From Monocercomonoides exilis PA203 (Eukaryota > Protista > Preaxostyla), in the NCBI GenBank assembly GCA_001643675.2, contig LSRY02000010.1, forward strand, positions 1,674,001 through 1,738,000: a stretch of 64,000 nt of DNA, given 5' to 3'. The position numbers were made by a program, and so were the translations under genes. Below, one piece after another: positions 10,754 through 23,400 of this stretch. Numbering within the stretch: position 1 is the first letter of the stretch; each line of letters opens with the position of its first letter. Under the pieces are notes generated by a model. It worked only from the letters and a program-made list of their open reading frames with translations, had not been told where the DNA came from and did not search any database.

Positions 10754-13700
10754 ATGCTTGGCTTGTTGGACAGGCATACAACGGTTGCACGTTCATCCTT
10801 GTGCAATTACGATGACGGCCACAAAACATTTTTGCAGATAAAGCACAATTCACTTATATTTATACAAGATTCAATCAGATATCGAATCAAACTTAATTCA
10901 TTACAGTTTTGCTCATTAAATAGTTATATTTTGTAATAACGACTATTTTTCCAGAAACTTTCCTATTTCAAATCTTTCTTATGTTTGCATGTCTCCAGAT
11001 AAACGATTGCTTGCAGTTCAAACCGTTATTAATGAAATTGTTTGAAAGAATTTTATTTTCTAAGAAATAATAAAATTCGTAAATTCTTTTATTAAACACA
11101 AAAAAATTGTGTAATTGTTTTCAATATTCTCATATTTTACATATTTTGCAGATTATTATTGACACTTGGATTGATAGATGGTTTTCATTCAAACCTTGTG
11201 AACCTCTTCGACCTTCTGCAGTTGAAATTTTGGGAATATTTTGGATAGGACACGGGGATGCAGCATCTTTTCGTCTTGGGGAACCAGGATACAATCCTCT
11301 TCCATGTTCGAGCATTCCAAATAATCAACTTGAAGAACGATATTCGACTTTGCCAGCTGACATACCTCAGAGTGCATTATACTCCTCAACAAAATATCTT
11401 CATACACCAACAGATTTTGCGTATATGTCTTTCTTTGCTCCCTTTTATGGACTTGTTGTTGTCACGATGAATGGATTTGAATTATTTGACGTTTCATTTC
11501 CAACGCCGACTTTTCCACTTTATGAGCAACAGCGCTATGCTCAAGACAACTCTTCATTGATTTCCCACAATTCACTGACTCAAAATCAGCAAGGTTCTTT
11601 ACCATCTGTTCCATCTCCATCAGCTTTTCCCTCAAAACCCAATATTATCAATGAACCCTCTGTTCAATTGCTTCCAATGGACAATCAGCACATCCTCAAA
11701 TCTGATTCTCCCCAGCCAAATTCCAATCAGAAGCTGCACAGCACTTCAAAGCTCATGTCATTCACACACACTGCCTCACTTCAGACTTCGCCACAAATAG
11801 CACAGCAGCAACAACCCGACACACCAGAAACCTTATCATCACAGCCAAACACAGGTTCTGTTCCTGGCAGCAGCACATTCGTTCCCATTCAATTTAAACC
11901 GCCTCTCCGTGGAGTGCGAATAATTCACACGCCACATCTGCTGAAAGCACATTACATGAGTGTGGTGTGGTATAAACATATAAGCAATCCGGATGTGATG
12001 GTGATTTGGGGAGGAGAGGTGAATGTGCATGAGAGGGTGTGGGAGAAAGAGATAAAGAGGAGGAAGAAAGTGAAAGTGAAAGTGAAAGAGAAAGAGAAAG
12101 TGAAGAATAAAAAGAAGAAGAAAGGAGAAGGAGAAAGAGAGGAGGAAGAAGAAGAATGGGAATATTTTGATGATGATGAAGATGAAGACGAAGAAGAAGA
12201 CGAAAGTGATTTGGAAGATGAGGTGTATGTGGCAGAAGAGATGAGGAAGAAAGCAGAGAAGCAGATGAAGAAAGAGGCAGAGAGGAAAAGGGTGAATAAG
12301 CAGAAAGGGAAGAATGTGGATGGAGGAAGAGGAGAAGAAGAGGAGGAGGATGAAGAGGAAGATGAGGAGGAGAGAGAAAGAGAAATAAAAAGAGAGAAAG
12401 AAAGAGAGAAAGAAAGGGAAAGGGAAAGAGAGAGGGAGAATGTTAAGTATACTAATTGTTATTCGATTATCAGTACAGAAAGAGATAAACTGAATGTGAA
12501 GAGAGAAGAAGAAGAAGAAGAAGAAGAGAAGGGAAAGGAACAAGTGTGGATGGCACCGAAGGAGAGGAAGAGGAAGAGGGAAGAAGAAGAAGAAACAGAC
12601 GATGATGATGAGGAAGAGGAGGAGGAAGAAGAAGAAGATGAAGAAGAATCCAGTAAAAAGAACATCAAAATCTCCAAATCAAGTGTTAATTCCAATTCCA
12701 ATGCAACTTCCAATCAAAAAGCTATTTCTCCGTACAATTCAGCCAATTTAAGTAATTCTCCGCGCCCAACAATTATTTCTCAGCTTCGGTCGCTTGCTTC
12801 AATTGGATCGGAGAAAATGGAGAAAATAAAGAAGAGTCGAAGGGAAATAAGAGGAAGAGGAAAGAGAGAAGGGAGATTTGAAGAATATTATGAAGAAGAA
12901 GGAGGAGAAGGTGAAGAAAAAGAAGAAGAAGAAGACGATGATGATGATGATGAAGAAAAAAATGAAGACAAAAACAAAAACAAAAACAAAAATAAAAATG
13001 AAAAACATAAAGACAAACACAAACACAAACATAAAAACAAACCATGCATTTTATTCCACCACGTTTTCCCTCACAATCCATCTTCATCCAAACCTCCTCC
13101 TCCTCCTCCTCCTTCTCTTCGCAACATCATCACAGACACAACAAAAGTCGCCCTTCTTCGCCTTTTCTTCTTCCCTTCTCCCATTTTGTCGCTGGCAAAT
13201 GCTTTTCTTTCTCTCTCTTCTGACGAAGTTGCTTCTTTTTCACCTCTTTCTTCGTATGTTCCCTTTGTTACTCCACAAAATACAGTAAATTCGAAAGGGT
13301 TTTCGGTTGCTTCACATAATTCTCAAGTTTATGCTTCTTCTTCTTCTTCTCTTTCCTCTTCCTCTTCTTCTTCTCCTCTTCCTCTTTCTTCTTCCCCTTC
13401 ACCTTCTCCTTCTCCTTCCTCTTCTCCCCAAACTCATCCAATTTCCGTCTTTTCTTATTCTTCTGTTCCATCTTCTTCTTCTTCTTCTTCTCTTTCTTCT
13501 TTTTCTTCCTCTTCCTCTTCCTCTTCCTCTTCTTCCTCTTCTTATCACATCGCATTAAACAACCCAAAACTTTCCTCTTTCATCAACAGATTAACAGCTT
13601 TCTTCATTTCTTCTTCCCCTTCCCCTTCCCCTTCTTCTCCTCCTCCCTCTTATTCTTCTTCTTCTTCCTTCTCTTCTCCTTCTTCTTCTCCTTCATCTCC

Positions 13701-14788
13701 TTCCTCTTCTTCTTCTTCTCCTTCTTCTGTGTTATGGAGCCCTTCAACTGTTAGCGTTGTTCCATTGGATACTGTCGAAGTCACTTTATCTTCTTCTTCT
13801 TCTTCTTCTTTCACTTATTTTTCTTCTCCTTCTTCTCATTCTTCTTCTTCTTCTCTTTCTTCCTCTTCTTCTCTTTCTTCTTCCTCTTCTCTTTCTTCTT
13901 CTTCTTCTTCTTCTTCTCTTGTTGAAGGCATTGTACAAGCTATTTCTTCTTCAGCCATTCCAAATTCTTCCTCAATTTTGGCTTATTCCCAATCAAAACA
14001 GAGCAGATTGCATTATCATCAAAAGGAGAAAGAGAAGGAGAAAGAGGAGAAAGAGAAAGAGAAAGAGAAAGAAAGAAAAACATTAAAAGGAAGAGAAAGA
14101 AACGGAAAAGTGAATTCTTCTTCTTCTTCTTCTTCTTCTTCTCATCCTTCTTCTCATCTTTATAATGAAGACAATCCATCATTTGCTTTGCCTTCTTATT
14201 CTTCTCTATATCCTTCTCAACATTCTATTTCTTCTTCTTCTTCCTCTTCCTCTTCCTCTCCTCCTCCTCTTCTTCTCCACCACAAACAAAACTTTTCTTT
14301 CCCTTCTTCTTCCTCTTCCTCTTCTTCCTTCTCTTCCTCTTCTCTTTCTCTTCCTCCTCTTTCTTCCTCCACAATAAATGCGCCAAAAGCTTTGTCTTCT
14401 TCTTCCTTTGAGATTGTTGTCATCAAAGGAAAAGCTTATTTAGCTTATCTTCACCCTTCTCCTTCTCCTTCTTCTTCTTCTTCTTCTTCTTCTCTTTCTC
14501 TTCTGAATGAAGCTGAAGGGTTTGAAAAGAAAGAGGAAGAAAGAGAAGAGGAAGGGGAAGAGGAAGAGAAGGAGAAGGAGAAGGAGAAGGAGAAGAGAAA
14601 GAAGAAGAAGAAGAAGAAGAAAGAAGAGAAAGAAAAAGAAGGAGAGGAAGGAGAAAGAGAAAAAGAGAAAGAATGTGAAAAAGAAAAGAAAAAGAGAAGA
14701 AAAGAAAGGAAGAAACACAGAAATGCTCATTCACACACAAGAAGTATGTCAGTTGAAGATGAAAATCGCATTTCAAAGAGAAAAACAC

Positions 14789-14819
<31 letters not shown>

Positions 14820-16885
14820 CTCTCCCTCTCCTTCTTCTTCTTCGCATTCTCATATCAAAATCATTCAAACTGTTGGAGCATTAGCTTCTTCTTCTTCTTC
14901 TTCTTCTTCTTCCTCTTCCTCTTCTTCTCCTTCTCCCTTCACCCCTCCTCTTCCTCAAGTCTCCATCTCTCTTCCTTCTCATTCTTCTCAAACTGACAAA
15001 CATCCTCTTCTTCCTCCTTCTTCTCCTTCTTTGGCTTCTCAGTCACTTTTCTCTCTTTCTTCACACATTCAACCTGTTCCTATACAAACTTCATCATCAT
15101 CATCATCATCATCTTCTTCTTCTTCTGTTTCCTCATCTTCCTCCTCCTCTTCTTCTTCCATTTCTTCTTCTTATTCTTCCTCCTCTTCCTCCATCTCATC
15201 ATCTTCCTCTTCTTCTTCCTCTTCTTCTTCTTCTTCTTCCTCTCTTTCTTCCGTTCCGCTTTCTCCTTCTCTCACATCTTGTGATACTCCTTCTTCTCCT
15301 TCTTCTTCTGCCTCTTCTTCCTTCTCCCACGGCTCTTCTGTTCTTTCTGGTGATTCTTCTATGACCTCTTTTATTTCTCCTTCTCATTCTTCTTCTCTTT
15401 CTTCTCTTTCTTCTTCTTCTCTTTCCTCTTCATCATCATCATCTTCTCATTCTTCTTCTCTTTCTTCCTCCTCCTCTTCCTCTTCCTCCTCTTCTTCTCC
15501 TCCTCTCCCCCACACCTTAACCCTCCTCCCTCTCCCTCTCAACCCTTCCTCCAGATCACATCCTCTTGTTGAACAAGGCAATTTCCCTTCTCCTGATATC
15601 CCATTCGTTTTGCCTTCCTTTGCGATTGTGCAGGCGTTGTATGCAGCAGCAATAAAAGGGGAAATGATGAAGAGGGAGGAAGAGGAGAGGAGGAGGAGGT
15701 TGAGGAAGAAGATGGAGGAAGAAGAAAGAGAAAGAGAAAGAAGAGAAGAAGAAGAAAGGAAGAAGAAGGAGAAGGAGAAAGAAGAAGCAGAAGCAGCTGC
15801 TAAGAAAAACGATGGAAGTGGAACGAAAAGAAGGTTTTGGGGGAGTAAAAAGACGAAAGAAGAGGAAAAAGAAAGAGAAAAGGAGAAAGAGAAAGAGAGA
15901 GAAAGAGAGAGAGAAAGAGAAAGAGAAGAAGAAAAACAAAAAATGATGAAGAATAACAAGAATAACACAAATGAAGGCGAATCTAAGCTTCCACATGAAT
16001 TAGAATGGGTTGTTGAGCTAACCGGTTCCTATCAATATTACACAGAGAATGAGAAAGGTGAGAAGAATAAAAGACACACTTCTATGCTTCCTGGTTCTTT
16101 GATGAATAATTCGAGTTCTTCTTCTTCTTCTTCTTCATTTCATGGTTCTCCTATTGTTTCATATCAATCTTCTTCTTCTTCTTCTTCTTCTTCTTCTTCT
16201 TCTTCTTCTTCTTCACCTCATCATAACTCAACCTCTTCAGTTAGCTCTTTCTCTTCCATTTCTCCTCTTTCTTCTCCAATTTCTTCACATCAAAACTTTC
16301 TTCATCCTTCTTCTTCTTCTTCTTCTTCATTTCCTTCCTCATCCTCCTCTTCCTCTTCTCCTCTTTCTTCTTCCTCTTCTTCTCTTTCTTCTTCTTCCTC
16401 CTCTTCCTCTTCTTCTTCAAACATTCCCTATCATCTCCTTCATCAGACTCCTCTTCTCAAATCTCTTCTCTCTTCCTTACGAGAAACACATCCGCTTAAC
16501 ATTCTCATTTCTTCCCTCACAAAACCTCAACAAACTTCTTCTTCTTCTTCTTCTTCTTCTTCCTCTTCCTCTTCTCCCTCTTCTCCCTCGTCTCCTCCTC
16601 CTTCTTCTTCTTCTTCAAAATCTTCCATTTCCTTCTTCTCCTTCTCAGATTTGTATTCCACGTGCCCTCCTCCTCTTTCTCCTTTCACTTCTACATTCAC
16701 TTTTGTTCCTAACAAACTATTTTTCCCTCATCTTTCATCATCATCATCATCATCATCTTCTTCTTCTCTTTCGTCTTCTCTTTTTTCTTCATTTTCTTCT
16801 TCTTCTTCCTCTTCCTCTTCTTCTTCTTCTTCTCATTCGCTTTCATTTGATGAAGAACACACAAATAGATTTCTAATTCATTCCC

Positions 16886-16916
<31 letters not shown>

Positions 16917-19587
16917 CTTCTCTCCTTATTCTTCTCTTTCTTCTTCTCTTTCTTCTTCTCTTCCCTCTTCTCTCCCCTCTTCTTCCTTCCTCCTCCACCG
17001 CGCCTTGCATTCTTTCAACCCTCTTCACATTCTTTCCCCTTTTTCCTCTTTCCATTCTTCCATTCGCCTTCTTCGCCCTTTCACCTCTTCTGTTCTTTTG
17101 CTTCGCTCTTCTCCGTTTTCTATGTTTTCGCAGACTTTCCGGTCAATTCGTGATAGTCCTGCGTTTCCGTATGCGGTTGTGAATGTGAATGGAGAAGGAG
17201 GAGGAAGAGAAAGAGAAAGAGGAAGAGAAAGAGAAGGAAGAGAAGGAAGAGGAGAAAGAGGAGAAAGAGAAAGAAAAAGTGAATATATCAACAAATGGAA
17301 TGGCAATCACAGTGGAATAAGCAATATGACAAGATATGAGACAAGAAATGAAGCTCATAATTTCGTTCACAATGCAAAGGAGTTGTTCGATGTTAATGCT
17401 CAAAGAGCAGAAGGGAACAAAAGACAACAGCTAAAACAAAAAGAAGGAGAAGAAGAAAGAGGAGAAGAAAGAGGAGAAGGAAAAGAAGGAAAAGAACAAG
17501 AAAAACAGCTTTTTGCGTCTTCTCTTCATGAATATGCAGACAAATCAAAAGTTGTCTTGTTCAAAGAACCGAACAAAGTGACGATGTTTCATGAATTGCT
17601 GCCTTCTTTGAAGATGATTCATCCAAATATGGAGTTTGGGGGAGAGGAAGAAGAAAGAGAAGAAGAAAGAGGAAGAGGAAGAGGAGAAAGAGGAGAAAGA
17701 GAAGGAAGAAAAGAAGTTGGCTTTCCTTTGAGCTCCTTTTCTGCTTTGCCTTCTCGTTCTTCTTCTCATTCTTCCTCTTCCTCCTCTTCCTCCTCTTCCT
17801 CCTCTTCCTCCTCTTCCTCCTCTTCCTCCTCTTCCTCCTCTTCCTCCTCTTCTTCCTCTTCTCCTTTGCATCGTTCTCAATCTTCTTATTCCAACTCTTC
17901 CACATCCAATCCAAACACACAACCAACTTCCTATTCTTCTTCTTCTTCCTCTCTTTCTTCTTCTTTTTCCTCTCTTTCCTCCTCCTCCTCCTCTTTCTCT
18001 CAATCTGAATCTTCTCCTGAAGCAATTACGTTGCATCTTGCACTGCCTGGAAAACGATTTGAGATTCTTGTGGTGGATAATTTGCTGTGCATTATATCGG
18101 ATGGGAATGGGGTTGGAAAGGAAGAAGAAGAAGAGGAGGAGGAAGAAGAAGAAGGAAGTGAAGAAGGAAGAGAAGAAGGGGAAAGAGAAGAAAAAGATGA
18201 TAAACAAAGTTATCTTGCTTCTGCTTCAAATGCCAATATCGAAGCAGATAAGGTGAATGTGGAAAGGTTGGAGGAAAGAGAAGAAAAAGAGTTTTATGAG
18301 AAAGAAAGAGAAGATGAAGAGAAAAAAGAGAAGAAAGAGAATGAAAGCAACATAGAAGATAATGAAAATCCTTGTGATTGCAAGCAAAACATCATCATCA
18401 ACAGCAACAAACCAGCTTTTTCTCATTCTCTTTCACATTCCAATCTTCAACCAATGAAACAATCAATAAAAAATACAATGAAAAACCCAATAAGCCATTC
18501 ATATAAGCATTCAATGAAACATTCAATGAAATCTTCCAATAGAAATTGCCTTCCTTCCTCTTCAGACGGCTCTGGAATCTGCTGTGTAGTTGACCTGTCA
18601 ATTGTCATGAGAGAAAGAGAAAAAGCGAAAAATCACCTGAAAACCACGCTTTTGCGGCTGAAGGCGCAAAAAAGAGCAGAACTCGCCATTTTGGGAGAAA
18701 GAGAGTGTCTGATAGAGAAGAAGCTGCAGAGCAGGCAGATGTCTGTGATGAGTGAGGAAGACAAAGACAAGCTGAGGAGGAGTTTGAGTATAGAAAGGAA
18801 AGAGCTGTTGAGCTATTGGCGAAGGAGAAGGAAAGAAGCTGTACAGAAATGGCAGGTGGGTGTGGCGTATGCTGGACATGTGTTTCCTTTCTTCTGTGTG
18901 AGGTTTAGCAATGCAGAGAGAGGAAGAAGGGGAAGAGGAGGAATAAAAGGAATGAGATGGGTAGGAGGGGAGATGAAGGAGATGGAAGGGAAGATAAAAG
19001 AGAAGAAATGTGAAATATATTGTCAGAGAGAAGGAGAAACGGAATGTTTGAATGAGATGAAGCAAGGATTGTGCTTGGAAGGTGGGTGGGAGAAGAAAGA
19101 AGAAGAAAAAGAAGGAAGAGAAGGAAGAGAAGGAGAAGGCGAAGAGGAAGAAGAAGATCGCTGTTTCGATGCTAATCCTTGTAAAAATGCCATGGAAGAC
19201 AAGAAAATGGCTTTTGTTGATCAAAACAAAAAAGCAAATGAAGGAGATGTCTGTATCAATTGTTTGATTTTAAATAACTTGTTGAAAACTGCACAAACAT
19301 TGCAAATGAAGATGAGCAATGAACATTCAAAGAAGAAGAATGATTTTAATGTTTTGGAAGATAAAAAATTGAAAACAAACAAAAATGAGAAGAATAAAGA
19401 GAAGAACGATATTTCTTCTTCTTCTTCTTCTTCTTCTTCTGAGTTGAAGAAGAAAACAGAAGAAAATGAAGCTGAATTTGCTGTTTCTCCTCCTTCTCCT
19501 TCTCCTTCTTCCCCATCTCCCTCTCTTTCAATAACCAACTCTTCTTCTTATTCCCCATCTCCTTCTCCTTCTCTCTCTTCTTCTTCT

Positions 19588-19622
<35 letters not shown>

Positions 19623-20458
19623 TTCTTTCCCCTCTTCTTCCTCTTCTTCCTCTTCTTCCTCTTCTTCCTCTTCTTCCTCTTCTTCTCTTCACTCCGGCTT
19701 GCCTTTAAGCGGGAGAAGAAGCCTGCGTCTTGGAAGATATTCATTTTACCCTCCAAATGTTGTCTTTGACCATTCAACTTGCTCTTTTTCAAAGCTTTTT
19801 TTGAATTCTTTTCTGCTTTCACAGTTTCTTATCCATCCACAGGGAGTGAGTTTATCAGAGCTTTCATTAAACGTGAATGCTAATTCTTCTTCTTCTTCTT
19901 CTTCTTCTTCTTTCTCCTCTTCCTCCTCTTCTTCTCCTTCTCCTTCTCCTCCTTTCTCTTCTTTCCCTCTTCTTCATTCATCACAATCACACCTTTCACA
20001 TTCTCCTGTACATCTTCCTCTTTCCTATCCAGCAAAATTCCCTCATGTTCCTTCGCTTCCTTCATCTCAATCATCATTTTCTTCTTCTTCTTCTTCTTCT
20101 TCTTCTTCTTCTTCTTCTTCTTCTTCTTCTTCTTCTTCTTCTTCTTCTTCTTTCTCTTCTCCCTCTCCCTCTCCTTCTCTTCTTCCAAATGTTCCTTCGC
20201 ATTTCCAGTTTGCTTTCCCCAACTTAAGTTCAGAGCAAGCTTCATCTTTCTCTTCTTCCTCTTCTTCTTCTCCACTTCCTTCTTCTCTTCCTTCTTCCTC
20301 TCCTTCTCCTTCTCCTTCTTCTTCACCTCTACCCCGAAATCAACACCCCAATCTATCACATGCTTCTTCTGATGCTTCTTCCACTTCTTCTTCTTCTGTC
20401 AATGAGTTATCTGTTGTTACCACTCCTCAGCCTGCTTCTAATTCCTCTACACCTTTGA

Positions 20459-20491
<33 letters not shown>

Positions 20492-23400
20492 CAAATTCTT
20501 TCTCTTCCTCTTCTCCTCTTCCTCCTTCCTCCTCTTCCTCTTCCTCCTCCTCAACAACAACACCTTCAATCACATCTTCTTCTCCGTATTCTTCCTCTTT
20601 CTCTACACCTAAATCTTCCATAACCACCAAAATTCCTTCTTCTTCTTCTTCTTCCTCTTCCTCTTCCTTCTCTTCCTCTCTCAATACAAACAACCAATCC
20701 ATTCAACAGCCTTTATCTTTCTCCAAACCTCTTCTTCAGTTTCAATTCGAACAAAACACACAAAACCAGCAAAACAATAAAATACAACAAAATCCTCAAA
20801 ACTATCAAAATTCACCGTTTTCCTCATTTCCTCTGCAACATCTGTCATTTGTGGAGCAGTTTCTGTTTCTTTACGAGAGAGAAAACGGGAAAGCAGCCAT
20901 TTTGTTTACTCTTCACACGCTTTTGTCCAGTGTGTTTGCACATTCACAGACGTATTATGATGCGAAAGAGGGAAAAATTGATGATGATGAAAAAGATGAT
21001 GATGAAAGGAAGGTTATTAATGGTTATGTTGATTCTTCTTCTTCTAATTCATCATCATCTTCTTCTCCTTTTCCTTCACTTTCTTCTTCCTCCTCCTCCT
21101 TTTCTTCTTCTCCTTCCTCCTCCTCCTCCTCTTCTTCTTCCTCTCTCCCTCCCCACGTCCTCTTCCCTCTCCTCAGCCTCATCCTCACAAAACAAACAGA
21201 ACTCGCCCTTTTCCTCTGCCATCCATTTGTTGCTGATGTTTGGCAGGCAATCGAAGAAGAAAGAGCACTTCGAATCGCAAAAAGAGAGAAAAGACGGCTG
21301 CTTCAGAGTGTTCAGATTGAAAACGTGATGAAGTTCGGAGAAATTAGGAGTTCGGAGAATTATTTGGGGAAGAAGGAGAAGCTGGGAACTGATAGTGGTT
21401 GTGATAGTGGTTTAGGTGGAAAAGAAGAAGGAATAAAAAGAGAAGAAGAAGAAAGTGAAGAAGAAGAGGAAGAGGAAGAGGAAGAGGAGGAGGAAGAAGG
21501 CGAGGAGGAAGAAGGCGAGGAGGAAGAAGGCGAGGAAGAAGGCGAAGAAGAGGAAGAGGAAGAGGAAGAAGAAGAAAGCACAGAACAAGAACCAGAAGCA
21601 ATGCCAATTGAACATTTGTCATCTTCTTCTCCTCATCTCCATTCCAAACTATCCAACAACTCCAAAACTTCCTCTTCTTCTTCTCTTTCTCTTTCTTCTC
21701 CTTCTCCTTCTCATTCTCCCTCTCCTTCTTCTTCTTCTCTTCTCTCCCCTCTTCCCTCTCGCACCTCCCCCCACCCTCTCTTCCACTTCTGGCACAAATC
21801 TGACTTAAACTTCATTTTTTCTTCGTCTCGCAATGATCGCACACCTTTCTTCTCTTTTATTGTCGATTTGAAAGCAGAACCTATCCAATCTTCTGCTCTT
21901 TCTTCGGTTATGTTGACGTCTTTCCCATTGCCAACGGAGTTTGTGACGAATTTCAGTGGGGATGAGAAGAAAAGGAAGAAGAAGAAGAAGAAAGAAAAGA
22001 AAGAAAAGAAAGAAAAGAAGAAAGAGATGAAGGAGAACAACAAAATGAATGGAAACATTTATCAAAAGAATTATTCACAAAAGCAAGACAATAGTAATCA
22101 TAATCAACATTACCACAATTCACCACAATCTCAGCAATACGCCTTCACTTCTTCCTCTTCCTCTTCCTTTTCTTCTTCCTCCTCCTCCTCCTCTTCCTCC
22201 TCCTCCTCTTCTTCTTCCTTCTCCTCCTCCGCTTTCCCTTTCCTCTTCTGCTTCTCCTTCTACATCCATTTCCCCTCTGATGCGTTCTGCCCGCCTCAGC
22301 TTCGCAAATCCCCCACAGTCAACCAGCCGCACTCATTTAGAGACACTTTGAACTCGTTTTATTCGATCACTGATGACGACTTGTTCTTCCTCTGCTTCAG
22401 TTTGTGGGAAGAGGCGAGGAAGAAAGCGGAGGAGGAGTGGAGGAGAAGAGAAGAAGCGAGAGAGAGGGAGGAGGAGGTGGAGTTGTGGAGAAAGAGGGAG
22501 AGGGTGCGGAAGGAGAAGGAGAAGGAGAAAGAAAAGGGGAAAGAAAATGATAATTTCGCTTCTTCTTCAATTGATTCTTCCTATTCCTCTTCTTCTTCTC
22601 ATTCTTCAATCACCAGTTTTGAAGAAGGAAACAAGAATATCCCACAAACAGAGGAAAACAATGAAGAAAATATCACATTAACATTAACATCATCAAAAAC
22701 ATCATCATCGACAATAACAGACAATCTTTCTGTGTTAAATGAAGCTGAATTAGAAGAGCAAAGACCTCAGCCTTTGTATTCAGAGAGGGAAGAACAAGAG
22801 GAAAATGTGAAGAAAACAGAAGAAAAAGAAGAAGAAGAAGAAGAGAAAGATGAAGAGAAAGAAGAGAAAGATGAAGAAGGTGAAATTAGCTTGAAGAAAG
22901 CAGAAATATCTGAACAAATAGCTAAAAATGAGGAAGAATCGAACAATATTTCGAAAGATGAAGAATTGAAAAAGTTATCTGAAACAATTTCATCATCATC
23001 GTCTTCTCTTTCTTCTTCTTCTTCCTCCTCCTCCTCCTCCTCTTCTCCTTCTCCTTCTCCTTCATCAACATCTCCTCCTTCCTCATTCTCTCCTTCAAAG
23101 ATAAGCACATCGTCTCAAAGAAACCTGCCAGCAGAGGAAGACATGATGGTGGCAGCTATTGAAGAGCTGAAACAAGGTGAAATGGAAGTGAAAAGCTTTG
23201 AGAAGCAAACAGGAAACGAAGAAGAAGAAGAAGAGGAAGAGGAGGAAGAGGAAGAAGAAAGTGATAATGATGATGGAAAAGAAGGAAAAGGGGGAAGGAA
23301 AAACGAAAAAGAAAGAGAAGAAGGAGAAGCAAAACTTTCAGAATCACAAAAATACATCAACTCATCAGTTTCATCATCATCTTCTTCTTCTCCTCTTCCT